25,847 nt of DNA from Woeseia sp. (GTDB lineage Bacteria; Pseudomonadota; Gammaproteobacteria; Steroidobacterales; Woeseiaceae). How positions within the stretch are numbered: the stretch's first letter is position 1; each line of letters opens with the position of its first letter. The notes below the pieces were generated by a model. The model was not told the DNA's origin. It was given only the letters and a program-made list of their open reading frames with translations, and did no database searches. Shown piece by piece: positions 9,420 to 18,067 of this stretch. A program made the position numbers and the translations under genes. Where the stretch lies: positions 1 to 25,847 of the forward strand of contig QIHS01000091.1 in assembly GCA_003229095.1 (NCBI GenBank), read 5' to 3'.

Positions 9420-10141
9420 GTCGATACCTCCTGTTTGGTGATTCTCCCGTCGAGCAGGGCACGTCCGCTGATCGCGGCCTGTACGTCAATATTGCGTAGC
9501 GCATGCAGGTCGTCGATATTCCGAACGCCACCCGATGCCTGCAGGTAAAGTTGCGGATAACGTTCACGCAGTTCGGCGTACAAAGCGAGATTCGGTCCAC
9601 TCAACGCGCCGTCACGACTGATGTCAGTGCACAGCACATATTTTAAATCCGAATCTGCATATTCATCGATGCATTGCCACAGCGTCTTGTCTTCAGTTCG
9701 AGTCCAGCCATGGGTTGCGAGGAATGGCACGCCGTCGGCGTCGATATTCACATCCAGCGCCAGCACAATTTTCTCAGATCCGTACGTATTCAGCCATTTG
9801 CGCACTTGATTCGGTTCATTGATCGCGAGGCTGCCAACAACGACACGGTCGAGACCGGTTTCAAGCCAGGATTGAATCTGGGTTTGCGTGCGTATACCGC
9901 CGCCAAGTTGCACTGCAAATTTACTCGATGCAACGATTTCACGAACAATTGACAGGTTGAGTTGCTGACCGGTTCGGGCACCATCGAGGTCGACAATGTG
10001 CAAGTTCCTGAAGCCGATCGATTCGTAGGTCCGCGCAAGCGATGCTGGTTCATTGCCGTAATCCGTTTGCCGGTTAAAATCGCCCTGTAACAGTCGTACG
10101 CACCGTCCCTGCCGGAGGTCGATAGCGGGAATAATGTTCAT
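9401..10141 (-). CDS. hisA: ProFAR isomerase
   Basis: Motifs [54 protein letters not shown]. Confidence 0.96.
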   Translation of the reverse strand: MNIIPAIDLRQGRCVRLLQGDFNRQTDYGNEPASLARTYESIGFRNLHIVDLDGARTGQQLNLSIVREIVASSKFAVQLGGGIRTQTQIQSWLETGLDRVVVGSLAINEPNQVRKWLNTYGSEKIVLALDVNIDADGVPFLATHGWTRTEDKTLWQCIDEYADSDLKYVLCTDISRDGALSGPNLALYAELRERYPQLYLQASGGVRNIDDLHALRNIDVQAAISGRALLDGRITKQEVSTFLPAA

Positions 10142-10743
10142 GATGCAAGCTTAACGAAATTGCCAAGAAGTTTTGCGCCGGCCGCTGCTGATCGCTCCGG
10201 ATGAAATTGTGTGGCATAGAAATTGTCCTGTGCAAGGACAGCGGTAAACGGTTCAGTGTGGTTGGCCGTTCCGATAGTGTAGCTGCCGGATGGCAATGCG
10301 AAACTGTGAACAAAGTAGAAATAACTGCCGTCATCAATGCCTTCAAACAGGGCGTGCGGCGCGGTTTGGCGAACGCGGCACCAACCGGTATTCGGTACAG
10401 GTAATCGTGGCTCGGCACGCATTCTTTTCGCAACGGCCGGGATGATGCCGAGGCAGTCGGCCTGATTTTCTTCCGATGATTCGGCGAGCAGTTGCATGCC
10501 CAGGCAAATTCCGAGTACTGGTTGGCGAAGTTTTGTGATGACTGGCGTCAAACCGTTGTCAGCAAGCTTATTCATGGTGTCCGCTGCGGCGCCGACACCT
10601 GGCAGGATAATGTGACTTGCATTTTCAATTGTGCGCGCATTGCGAGTCAGGACATTGTCGATTCTCAGGCGATCGAGCGCGTTGGTGAGTGAGGCAATAT
10701 TGGCGCCACCACAATCGATTATTGCAACAGATGATTTTGGCAT
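10138..10743 (-). CDS. hisH: Imidazole glycerol phosphate synthase glutaminase subunit
   Basis: Motifs ILPGVG, LGICLGMQLL, YFVHSF, QFHPE (Cys-His-Glu triad). Confidence 0.96.
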   Translation of the reverse strand: MPKSSVAIIDCGGANIASLTNALDRLRIDNVLTRNARTIENASHIILPGVGAAADTMNKLADNGLTPVITKLRQPVLGICLGMQLLAESSEENQADCLGIIPAVAKRMRAEPRLPVPNTGWCRVRQTAPHALFEGIDDGSYFYFVHSFALPSGSYTIGTANHTEPFTAVLAQDNFYATQFHPERSAAAGAKLLGNFVKLAS

Positions 10744-10744
10744 G

Positions 10745-11815
10745 TTAGTTCAAAACTCCCTTGGTTGAGGGAAGCTCGTCACTCTCTCGATGAATGGCTT
10801 GCCTAAGCGTTCGGCCGAGTGCTTTGAAGCACGCTTCAACCATGTGATGTGTGTTGCTGCCAGTGACACGGACATGCAGGGTGGCCGCCAGCGAATCAAC
10901 AAAGGACTGAAAAAAATGCGGCACAAGTTCTGTCGGCATCTGTCCGACACGTTCGCATGGAAATACACCATCGAATACAAGATATGGTCGCCCCGATAGG
11001 TCCAGCGTGACCCGAGCGTCGCTTTCGTCCATCGGCAATTGAAACCCGAACCGTGCAATGCCGCGTTTGTCGCCAAGTGCATCTCGAAGCGCAGCGCCCA
11101 AAGTCAGAGCGACGTCTTCGACCGTGTGATGTTCATCTACCTGCAAGTCGCCTGAACAACGGACATCGAGGCTGAAACCACCGTGTTTGGCAATCTGTTC
11201 GAGCATGTGATCGTAAAAACCAATGCCGGTGTCGATCTTCAGCGGTGTTGCCGCATCCAGATTCACGCGCACCTCGACATTCGTTTCTCGCGTATTTCTG
11301 CTCGCCTGACCAGTTCGATTGCCAGGCGTCAACGCGATTCGAATGTCGTCCCATGAGAGCGCGGATTCCCCGCTTCCAATTAGCATACCTGTGATGCCGA
11401 GTTTCTCCGCCAGCAGCAAATCTGTATCACGGTCGCCGATGACGGCACTGGCCGATGTATCGAGCTCATTGTTGACGAGATAACGGGTAAGAAGACCGGT
11501 TCTCGGCTTGCGACAATCGCAATTGTCAGCCGGCAGATGCGGGCAAATGAAGACCTCGTCGAATTCAATGCCTTGTGATTGAAACAGGGCCAATACATGC
11601 GCCTGGCAATCGTCAAAATCGGACTGTGGAAATGAATCTGTGCCCAGTCCGTCCTGATTGCTCACCATGACCAGGCGATAGTTCATGTCTCGCAGGTTTT
11701 GCAAAGCAGCAATGACGCCCGGCATTAACCGGACCTTATGTATCTCGTCGACTTGCTTATCGGCAGGTTCCTCAATAAGCGTCCCGTCGCGATCGATGAA
11801 TAAAACCTTGATCAT
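10745..11815 (-). CDS. hisB: Bifunctional histidinol-phosphatase / imidazoleglycerol-phosphate dehydratase
   Basis: HAD motif FIDRDGTL, SNQDG, CPH..CDCRKP, then TGIGFYDHML, DEHHTVED, NTHHMVEACFKA. ATG 11815 lies just after the hisC TAG; the ORF-track start at 11839 is too long. Confidence 0.96.
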   Translation of the reverse strand: MIKVLFIDRDGTLIEEPADKQVDEIHKVRLMPGVIAALQNLRDMNYRLVMVSNQDGLGTDSFPQSDFDDCQAHVLALFQSQGIEFDEVFICPHLPADNCDCRKPRTGLLTRYLVNNELDTSASAVIGDRDTDLLLAEKLGITGMLIGSGESALSWDDIRIALTPGNRTGQASRNTRETNVEVRVNLDAATPLKIDTGIGFYDHMLEQIAKHGGFSLDVRCSGDLQVDEHHTVEDVALTLGAALRDALGDKRGIARFGFQLPMDESDARVTLDLSGRPYLVFDGVFPCERVGQMPTELVPHFFQSFVDSLAATLHVRVTGSNTHHMVEACFKALGRTLRQAIHRESDELPSTKGVLN

Positions 11816-11816
11816 G

Positions 11817-12875
11817 CTAGTCGAGGCTCCGTATGGCACTGATCAGGCGATCATTGTCGGCTTTGAGAGAGACGGTAATTCTGGCGCAGTTTTGCATTGA
11901 TATGTCATCACCATAGATTCGAATCGCAATGCCTGCGTTACCGAGGCAGACGCTGACGGTGTCGATACAGCGAAAGCGAACCAACAGGAAATTGGCCTGG
12001 CTGGGCCAAACGCAACTCACCGCATCGCAGGCAATGAGTTCGAGCCGCAGGCGTTCGCGTTCGTTAATGGTCGTACGGACAGCCCGCGTCGAAAGCGCAA
12101 GCTGCTCGTCAGACAGTGCCAATTCGGCGCTGTCGATGACCAGGGAGGAGAGTGCATACGGCGCCAGTATACCGTCGAGAAGCGGGATCAGTTCTGCAGA
12201 CGCGATGACCGCTCCGCAACGAGCGCCGGCAAGGGCTCGTGCTTTGGACAGCGTGCGCAGGATAACCAGGTTGTCATACCTGGAAATGAGCGAGGCCATC
12301 GATTCAGAATCGGAAAATTCAATATATGCCTCATCGAGAACGACGATGGAGCGGTTGGCACGTGCCTGAAGAATTTCCAGGATCGATTTTCCTGGTACGA
12401 CATTGCCGAGGGGATTGTTGGGCGAGCATAAGAAGATCAACTTGGTATTGTCTTCACAGGCAGCAAGCAGAGTATCTGTGTCGATTGCAAAACGGGTTTC
12501 CTCGCGCAGCGGAACTTCTATGATCCGCGCGCCTTGAATGGAAGCGTAGAGCCGATACATATCGAATACCGGTGGGGTCAGAAGAACGCTGTCGCGACCG
12601 GCGCAACAGAACGTCCGAATCATCAGGTCGATGCCTTCGCTGCTGCCACGCGTCACCAGGATATTATTGGCCTCGACACCGTAGTGGTCGGCCATGCGCT
12701 TCACCAGCGACGAAGGTCGACGTGCCGGATATCGATTGAGCCCTTGTGCGGTGTCTGTGCCGGTCGCCAAAGGTGATTCATTCGCATTGAGCTTGATAGC
12801 GAATTCGCACGCGCTTGCGCTTTGATAGGGACGCAAGAAGCGAACTTCCGGTCTGGCCAGGGCCGCAATCGTCAT
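11817..12875 (-). CDS. hisC: Histidinol-phosphate aminotransferase
   Basis: Motifs LNANESP, GSSEGID, CSPNNPLG, DEAYIEF, LRTLSKARALAGARCG (PLP lysine). Confidence 0.96.
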   Translation of the reverse strand: MTIAALARPEVRFLRPYQSASACEFAIKLNANESPLATGTDTAQGLNRYPARRPSSLVKRMADHYGVEANNILVTRGSSEGIDLMIRTFCCAGRDSVLLTPPVFDMYRLYASIQGARIIEVPLREETRFAIDTDTLLAACEDNTKLIFLCSPNNPLGNVVPGKSILEILQARANRSIVVLDEAYIEFSDSESMASLISRYDNLVILRTLSKARALAGARCGAVIASAELIPLLDGILAPYALSSLVIDSAELALSDEQLALSTRAVRTTINERERLRLELIACDAVSCVWPSQANFLLVRFRCIDTVSVCLGNAGIAIRIYGDDISMQNCARITVSLKADNDRLISAIRSLD

Positions 12876-14194
12876 CGGGCTGACCTCTGCTCATCCAGGC
12901 TTGCGATTCTCAACTGAACGGCCCGTGCATGTGCATCGAGGCCTTCCAGGCCGGCGAGTTCCACCACCGTCGGCGCTAAAGAAACCAAACCCTCTTCTGT
13001 CAGCTCCTGAATAGTTAGCCAGCGCATGAACTGCTCAACGCCAAGGCCACTGTAACTCCTCGCGTGCCCATAGGTCGGCAAGACATGATTCGTGCCGCTG
13101 CAATAGTCGCCAACAGATTCCGGCGTCCACCTGCCAAGAAACACAGATCCGGCATTGCGAACCTGGTCAAGAACATCGCGCGGATTCGCGATTTGCAAGA
13201 TCAGGTGTTCGGGTGCGTAACGGCTACTGATAAGCAACGCGGTTTCGATGTCATCTGCGAGGATCACTCTGCTGCCGGACAAGGCCACGCGAGCAATGTC
13301 TTTTCGTGTAAGACAGGGCAATTGACGGTCTACTTCAACGATGGTTTCGTCGGCAATGCGCCGACTGGTCGTAATCAGCATAACCTGCGAGTCTTCGCCG
13401 TGTTCCGCTTGAGATAACAGGTCTGCGGCGACAAAAACCGGATTGGCAGAGTCATCTGCGACGATCAGCACTTCGGATGGTCCGGCCGGCATGTCGATCG
13501 ATGCGCCATTCGGGTCGCCCGCCACAATGCTTTTCGCTGCAGTGACCCACGCGTTGCCGGGGCCAAATACTCTGACGACTTTAGGTACGGTGGGCGTGCC
13601 ATAGGCCATCGCAGCAATGGCTTGCGCACCGCCGATCTTGAATACATCTGTGACACCGCCGCGCTTCGCGGCAACCAGCGTTGCAGCGTCAACCCGGCCG
13701 TCCGCGCCCGCTGGCGTGCACAAAATTCGCACGGGGCACTTGGCTATTGCTGCGGGTACGCTGAGCATGATTGCAGCGGACGGGAGTGGCGCCGTGCCCG
13801 CCGGCACGTACAAGCCGACCGAATCGAGAGCCTGCCGTCGACGTTCGCAGCGCACACCGGGCACTATCGATATATCGATTTCCGTCGGTATCTGCGATTC
13901 GTGAAACCGCCTGACGTTGCTTATTGCGGCATTTATCGCATTGCTGGCTGCAGGCTCTAAAGCGGATTCTGCCTCTGCGAATTCCTGCTCAGAGGCTTTG
14001 AGGGAATCGAGATTGCAGTTTTCGAATTGGCGTGCGAAATCGAAAAGTGCGGCATCACCTTTCTCTCGAACAGTCGAAATAATTTGTGTTGCCTGCATTT
14101 GTATGGATCGATCGTTCAGGAGCGCCGGGCGATCAAGCAGGGAAGCCTGCTCGCCAGCGGATATCGTAGACCAAATGTTGATTCTTGCAAACAT
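12872..14194 (-). CDS. hisD: Histidinol dehydrogenase
   Basis: Motifs GLYVPAG, GGAQAIAAMAYG, GPGNAWV, DMPAGPSE, DLLSQAEH, APEHL, GDYCSGTNHVLPT. ATG 14194 lies just after the hisG stop. Confidence 0.96.
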   Translation of the reverse strand: MFARINIWSTISAGEQASLLDRPALLNDRSIQMQATQIISTVREKGDAALFDFARQFENCNLDSLKASEQEFAEAESALEPAASNAINAAISNVRRFHESQIPTEIDISIVPGVRCERRRQALDSVGLYVPAGTAPLPSAAIMLSVPAAIAKCPVRILCTPAGADGRVDAATLVAAKRGGVTDVFKIGGAQAIAAMAYGTPTVPKVVRVFGPGNAWVTAAKSIVAGDPNGASIDMPAGPSEVLIVADDSANPVFVAADLLSQAEHGEDSQVMLITTSRRIADETIVEVDRQLPCLTRKDIARVALSGSRVILADDIETALLISSRYAPEHLILQIANPRDVLDQVRNAGSVFLGRWTPESVGDYCSGTNHVLPTYGHARSYSGLGVEQFMRWLTIQELTEEGLVSLAPTVVELAGLEGLDAHARAVQLRIASLDEQRSAR

Positions 14195-14198
14195 GCTG

Positions 14199-15101
14199 TC
14201 AAGCGAGCATTTTTTCGACAGGCAGCACGAGGAGTGAACTGGCACCGGCACTCTTCAGGTTCTCAAGCGTTTCCCAAAACACGTTTTCACGGCATACGAC
14301 GTGCACCGCGACCTTGTCGCCGTCGCCCTCCAGCGGAATGATCGTGGGTGATTCAGCACCCGGCAGAATCGCGACGATCCTGTCGAGCGCGGATCTGGGC
14401 GCGTGCAGCATGACGTATTTGCTCTCGCGGACCTGTAGTACGCCGTCCAACCTTTGCAAAAGTCGATTGATCCACGTTCGTTTTTCCGCGCAGAGTGATG
14501 CACGAGTTTGGATAACGACCACTTCGCTTTTAAGGATGGTTTGCACTTCCCGTAATTGATTCGCTGCCAGTGTCGACCCGGTCGAAACGAGATCACAGAC
14601 AAAATCGGCGCGCCCCAGACGTGGAGCAATTTCAACTGCTCCGGACAAGTAAACGATTTCGGCATCAATCTCCTGCCGTTTCAAGAAATCGCCCAGCGTT
14701 GCGACATAGCTGGTCGCGATTCTGGCGTTGCGCAGGCTCTCAAGGCCGGAATAGCCGGATTCTTCAGGCACTGCGATCACGAGCCTGCAATGCCCGAAAT
14801 CCAGCGCGCAAACCTGGTCGAAGAGCGCCGCTGAACCGTTCTGTTGCAATTCAAGTTGTTTTTCCTGAACGACATTAAGACCTGCAAACCCCAGATCGCA
14901 CACATCGTCGCTGACAAGTCCGGGAATGTCGTCATCTCGCACCAGGAGCAGGTCGATCGGCATATTTTCGCCGTAACAGAACAGCTGATCCTTGCTTTGG
15001 GTGAATTTCAGGCCACAGCGTGTCAGCAACTCAAGTGAGCGATCGGTCAGGCGGCCTGATTTTTGCAGCGCAATTTTGATGCGCTGCTCGGAAGTGTTCA
15101 T
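14199..15101 (-). CDS. hisG: ATP phosphoribosyltransferase, long form
   Basis: Motifs IALQKSGRL, VRDDDIP, RIATSY, GAVEIAP, DLVSTGSTL, plus the C-terminal regulatory domain (PGAESPT, SLLVLPVEK). ATG 15101 follows a GAGGA SD. Confidence 0.96.
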   Translation of the reverse strand: MNTSEQRIKIALQKSGRLTDRSLELLTRCGLKFTQSKDQLFCYGENMPIDLLLVRDDDIPGLVSDDVCDLGFAGLNVVQEKQLELQQNGSAALFDQVCALDFGHCRLVIAVPEESGYSGLESLRNARIATSYVATLGDFLKRQEIDAEIVYLSGAVEIAPRLGRADFVCDLVSTGSTLAANQLREVQTILKSEVVVIQTRASLCAEKRTWINRLLQRLDGVLQVRESKYVMLHAPRSALDRIVAILPGAESPTIIPLEGDGDKVAVHVVCRENVFWETLENLKSAGASSLLVLPVEKMLA

Positions 15102-15111
15102 TGGGAGATCC

Positions 15112-15450
15112 TCAGTGAGAAGTGCGTTTTTTGCGGGAGGCGTGGTGATCGTTGCCACGCTCAATGGCAGTTGCATAACCACCAAACCCGTCGCTTAAGA
15201 ATCGAGCAACCCGCCCAATGGTAGTGACGCTGACGCCAGTCATGTCATGAATGCGGCGATAGGGCAGATCTTGCTGCAAAAGGCCGACAACCTGCCAGCG
15301 ATCTACCAGCGCCTGTAACTCTGCCGGCGTGCACAGATCTTTGAAAAAACTGCGAATTTCGGACATATCCTTAAGTTTTTCGATGGCGCCGAATAGGGCG
15401 TCTTCATTGCGGTTTCGCTGGCGAACGGTCTCTTTTCGGTTCGGTTTCAT
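15112..15450 (-). CDS. TrpR-like YerC/YecD family repressor (putative HisR)
   Basis: Motifs FFKDLCTPAEL, DRWQV, YRRIHDMTGVSVTTIGRV (TrpR-type HTH). It is the first gene of the his operon. Confidence 0.88.
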   Translation of the reverse strand: MKPNRKETVRQRNRNEDALFGAIEKLKDMSEIRSFFKDLCTPAELQALVDRWQVVGLLQQDLPYRRIHDMTGVSVTTIGRVARFLSDGFGGYATAIERGNDHHASRKKRTSH

Positions 15451-15464
15451 AATGGTTGGTCGTT

Positions 15465-15482
15465 GTACTAATGTAACAGTAC
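15465..15482. promoter_or_regulatory. TrpR-type operator GTACT-AATGTAAC-AGTAC
   Basis: Perfect 5-bp inverted arms with an 8-bp spacer, the same geometry as the E. coli TrpR consensus GTACTAGTTAACTAGTAC. It lies 14 nt upstream of the repressor ATG. Confidence 0.75.
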
Positions 15483-15509
15483 GCTATTACATTATTACAA
15501 CTTACGCAA
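15481..15509 (-). promoter_or_regulatory. Putative sigma70 promoter of the his operon (TTGCGT-17-TAGCGT)
   Basis: On the minus strand, TTGCGT is at 15509-15504, followed by a 17-nt spacer and TAGCGT at 15486-15481. The -10 abuts and overlaps the operator. Confidence 0.55.
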
Positions 15510-15766
15510 GCACTATTTGGCTGATTACCTCAGTGAATGCGCCAGTTGACCCGAAATGGCGCACGTAAATCTTGCCGTGTCTGTAGTGACTGGCGGAAAT
15601 GGCGAAGAATTATTCGCCGGGTAACGGGGAAAAATATCGATGGTCAGATTGAAGGCGTTCCAGTAACTTCTTAGACTGATTCTGACTCGAATTATTGCGC
15701 TTGACTTCAGCCCGTCGCGCAAACAATGATTGTCTCTGACATCTTCGTTTCCGGACCTGTGTTTCC

Positions 15767-17122
15767 TTGCTTCGAGCCCGACAAAAACTCGGTAAATACC
15801 GCATCCTCGGCCGCATTGCATCCGGACCGTTGGCAGATGTCTACACCGCGGCAGACACTATTCACAAAACCCGTGTAGCACTCAAGATTCCGAAGTCCGA
15901 CGACAACATCAGCAACGATGATTTTCTTCGCGAAGTGCGCATTGCTACCAGGCTGAATCACGAGAATATTCTCCCGGTCCAGGACGCCAGTTTCATCGAT
16001 GGCAGGTTTGTCATTGCGATGGAATTGGGCACTGAGTCACTTGCTGATCGAATCGTGCACCGCATGTCGAGCGTGCACACGATGGAAATCGCAGACCAGG
16101 CCCTGGCGGCGCTTGCGCATGCGCATGAAAAGAAAATCATTCACTGCGATATCAAACCAGAAAACTTTATCCTGTTTCCTGGTAATCGCCTGAAACTTGC
16201 CGATTTTGGTTTTGCAAAAATCAGCCTGCGGACGCTAAAGGCGTCAGGCTCAGGAACGATCGATTACATCGCACCTGAACAGGCGATGGGGCGGCCGAAA
16301 TTTCAGTCCGATGTTTTTTCCCTCGGCCTGGTCCTGTATCGCCTGTTCGCTGGAAAGTTACCGGAATGGCCGTTCAAATGGCCCATGGTCGGCCATGATC
16401 GCCTGCGCAAACGGTTTCCGCCAGAGATTGCAGACATGCTCAGGAAGTCGATTCAACTGGACCCCGCCGATCGCTATCGAAATGCCATCGAAATGTATGC
16501 GGAATTTCGAAAGATTAGTCGCCGGTCTGCGCGGCAAAGCGACAAAGGGAATAATGGCAAGAAAGGCAAAGGGAAGATCGGCAAAGGGAAGATCGGTAAA
16601 GGGAAAGTCGGCAAGGGACGAAACGGCAATTCGGCTGCAAATGGTGCGGGCTGGCGCAAAATGCAGTGGCGTGAGTTTCAGCGCCAGTATCGCGGTGAGC
16701 TGGAGACGGGTCACTCGTGCAGGCGCTGCGAGGGTCCCGTGGCTGAGAGTATGCAGTGCTGTCCCTGGTGTGGCGTCGATCATCCGTCGCGGCAGGCGGA
16801 CACACGCATGCCGGCGATTTGTCCGCGCTGCGAGCGTGGTGTGAAAACGGATTGGCACTACTGCGCGTGGTGTTACGGTTCCGGCTTTGAGGTTGAGACC
16901 AAACGCCGTTACAGCGACAAACGCTATAGCCGCAAGTGTACAAATCATCGTTGCAGGCAGCCACTAATGCCGTTCATGCGCTACTGTCCGTGGTGTCATT
17001 CCAAGGTCAGGAAAGCCTGGAAGATTGCCGAAAGCAAACACAAATGCCGGTCTTGTGATTGGGGTATCGCCAGGGAATTCTGGAACTACTGCGCCTGGTG
17101 TAGTGATCCGGTCGAGCGATGA
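15767..17122 (+). CDS. Hanks-type Ser/Thr protein kinase with Lys/Gly-rich linker and four C-terminal zinc ribbons
   Basis: Motifs VALK, REVRI, HCDIKPEN, LADFG, GTIDYIAPEQ, SDVFSLG. The C-terminus has CRRC/CPWC, CPRC/CAWC, CTNHRC/CPWC, CRSC/CAWC. TTG start. No TM segment seen. Confidence 0.88.
   Translation: MLRARQKLGKYRILGRIASGPLADVYTAADTIHKTRVALKIPKSDDNISNDDFLREVRIATRLNHENILPVQDASFIDGRFVIAMELGTESLADRIVHRMSSVHTMEIADQALAALAHAHEKKIIHCDIKPENFILFPGNRLKLADFGFAKISLRTLKASGSGTIDYIAPEQAMGRPKFQSDVFSLGLVLYRLFAGKLPEWPFKWPMVGHDRLRKRFPPEIADMLRKSIQLDPADRYRNAIEMYAEFRKISRRSARQSDKGNNGKKGKGKIGKGKIGKGKVGKGRNGNSAANGAGWRKMQWREFQRQYRGELETGHSCRRCEGPVAESMQCCPWCGVDHPSRQADTRMPAICPRCERGVKTDWHYCAWCYGSGFEVETKRRYSDKRYSRKCTNHRCRQPLMPFMRYCPWCHSKVRKAWKIAESKHKCRSCDWGIAREFWNYCAWCSDPVER
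16565..16618 (+). repeat. 15-nt in-frame tandem repeat (GGCAAAGGGAAGATC, about 3.6 copies) encoding GKGKI
   Basis: Units start at 16565, 16580, 16595 and 16610 (partial). Confidence 0.85.
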
Positions 17123-17949
17123 CAAGAGACATCATATTGCTGGATGGCGCGACACAGCCTGATCAACTCGACAGGCAAATTGGCGGCGGCTCGCTAATCG
17201 CATTCACTGCGCCCGCGCCGAATAAAACGACGGACAACGAAGACAGCGTTGCCGCTATCCCGTATGGAGCAGATGCTGTTGTGTTGGCAATTGCGGACGG
17301 TGCCGGTGGCCTGCCCGCCGGTCGGCGTGCGTCGCGAACAGCGATCCGATCTTTACAAGTGTCACTTCACAACGCAATCGACGACTCCACACTCTTGCGG
17401 ACCGCGATTTTAAATGGCATCGACGCGGCTAACGAAGCAGTACTCGAAATCGGCAACGGTGCGGCAACGACGCTGACGGTCGTCGCAATCGAGGGTCATA
17501 TTGCCAGGAGTTATCAAATCGGCGATTCGGAAGCCATGTTCGTGGGCCAGCGCGGCCGGATTCGGGCGCAGACGATGGCACACTCGCCGACCGGTTTCGC
17601 GGTTGAGGCGGGTTTTCTCAATCAACGTGAGGCACTGCATCACGAAGAACGCCACCTGGTCTCGAATTTTATCGGTACCAGCGATATGCGTGTCGATATG
17701 GGTGCCGAAATGAAACTGAATCCCAGGGATACCGTACTGCTTGCAAGCGACGGCTTGATGGACAATGTGCACCTGCATGAAATTACTGAATTGGTCAGGA
17801 AGGGCACATTGGCGGCCGCTGTTTCCTCGCTTACAAACCTTGCCGCGAGGAGAATGACAGTCGAAACGCTGCACCAGCCAAGCAAGCCGGATGACCTGTC
17901 GCTGATCCTGTATCGAAAGCCTTATCGAGCGTCGCAATACGATAAGTAA
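17119..17949 (+). CDS. PP2C / PPM family Ser/Thr protein phosphatase
   Basis: Motifs NEDS, AIADGAGG, ATTLT, IGDS, QTMAHS, LLASDGL, DDLS. ATGA overlap with the kinase. Confidence 0.88.
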   Translation: MTRDIILLDGATQPDQLDRQIGGGSLIAFTAPAPNKTTDNEDSVAAIPYGADAVVLAIADGAGGLPAGRRASRTAIRSLQVSLHNAIDDSTLLRTAILNGIDAANEAVLEIGNGAATTLTVVAIEGHIARSYQIGDSEAMFVGQRGRIRAQTMAHSPTGFAVEAGFLNQREALHHEERHLVSNFIGTSDMRVDMGAEMKLNPRDTVLLASDGLMDNVHLHEITELVRKGTLAAAVSSLTNLAARRMTVETLHQPSKPDDLSLILYRKPYRASQYDK

Positions 17950-18038
17950 CAATCCCAATTAAAACAGCAATTTAGTACGGTTATGTAAATCATCCCTGCG
18001 GCACTCAACACGGGCACCGGATTGACAGTTACTGCTGG

Positions 18039-18067
18039 TTGCGACCGCGCCCCGGGGGTATTATGGT
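18039..18067 (+). promoter_or_regulatory. Candidate sigma70 promoter (TTGCGA-17-TATGGT) for the downstream lipoprotein cluster
   Basis: -35 at 18039-18044 and -10 at 18062-18067, within a 300-nt intergenic region. Confidence 0.4.

Noticed and set aside
14195-15185. ORF-track extended starts for hisG (15185) and hisD (14251); likewise hisB (11839), DUF2461 (200) and the ligase (3991)
   Set aside because: Most of these extensions overlap upstream genes and all add non-homologous sequence. Shorter starts fit the SD motifs and family N-termini.
15556-15580. Possible sigma54 promoter TGGCGC...TTGC upstream of the kinase
   Set aside because: The GG-to-GC spacing is 14 nt rather than the required 10.
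15451-15766. Classical his attenuator (poly-His leader peptide plus terminator)
   Set aside because: No His-codon run or GC hairpin with a U tract is present upstream of the operon.
17974-17979. TAGTAC half-site resembling the HisR/TrpR operator
   Set aside because: There is no partner GTACT arm at the required distance, so it is likely chance.
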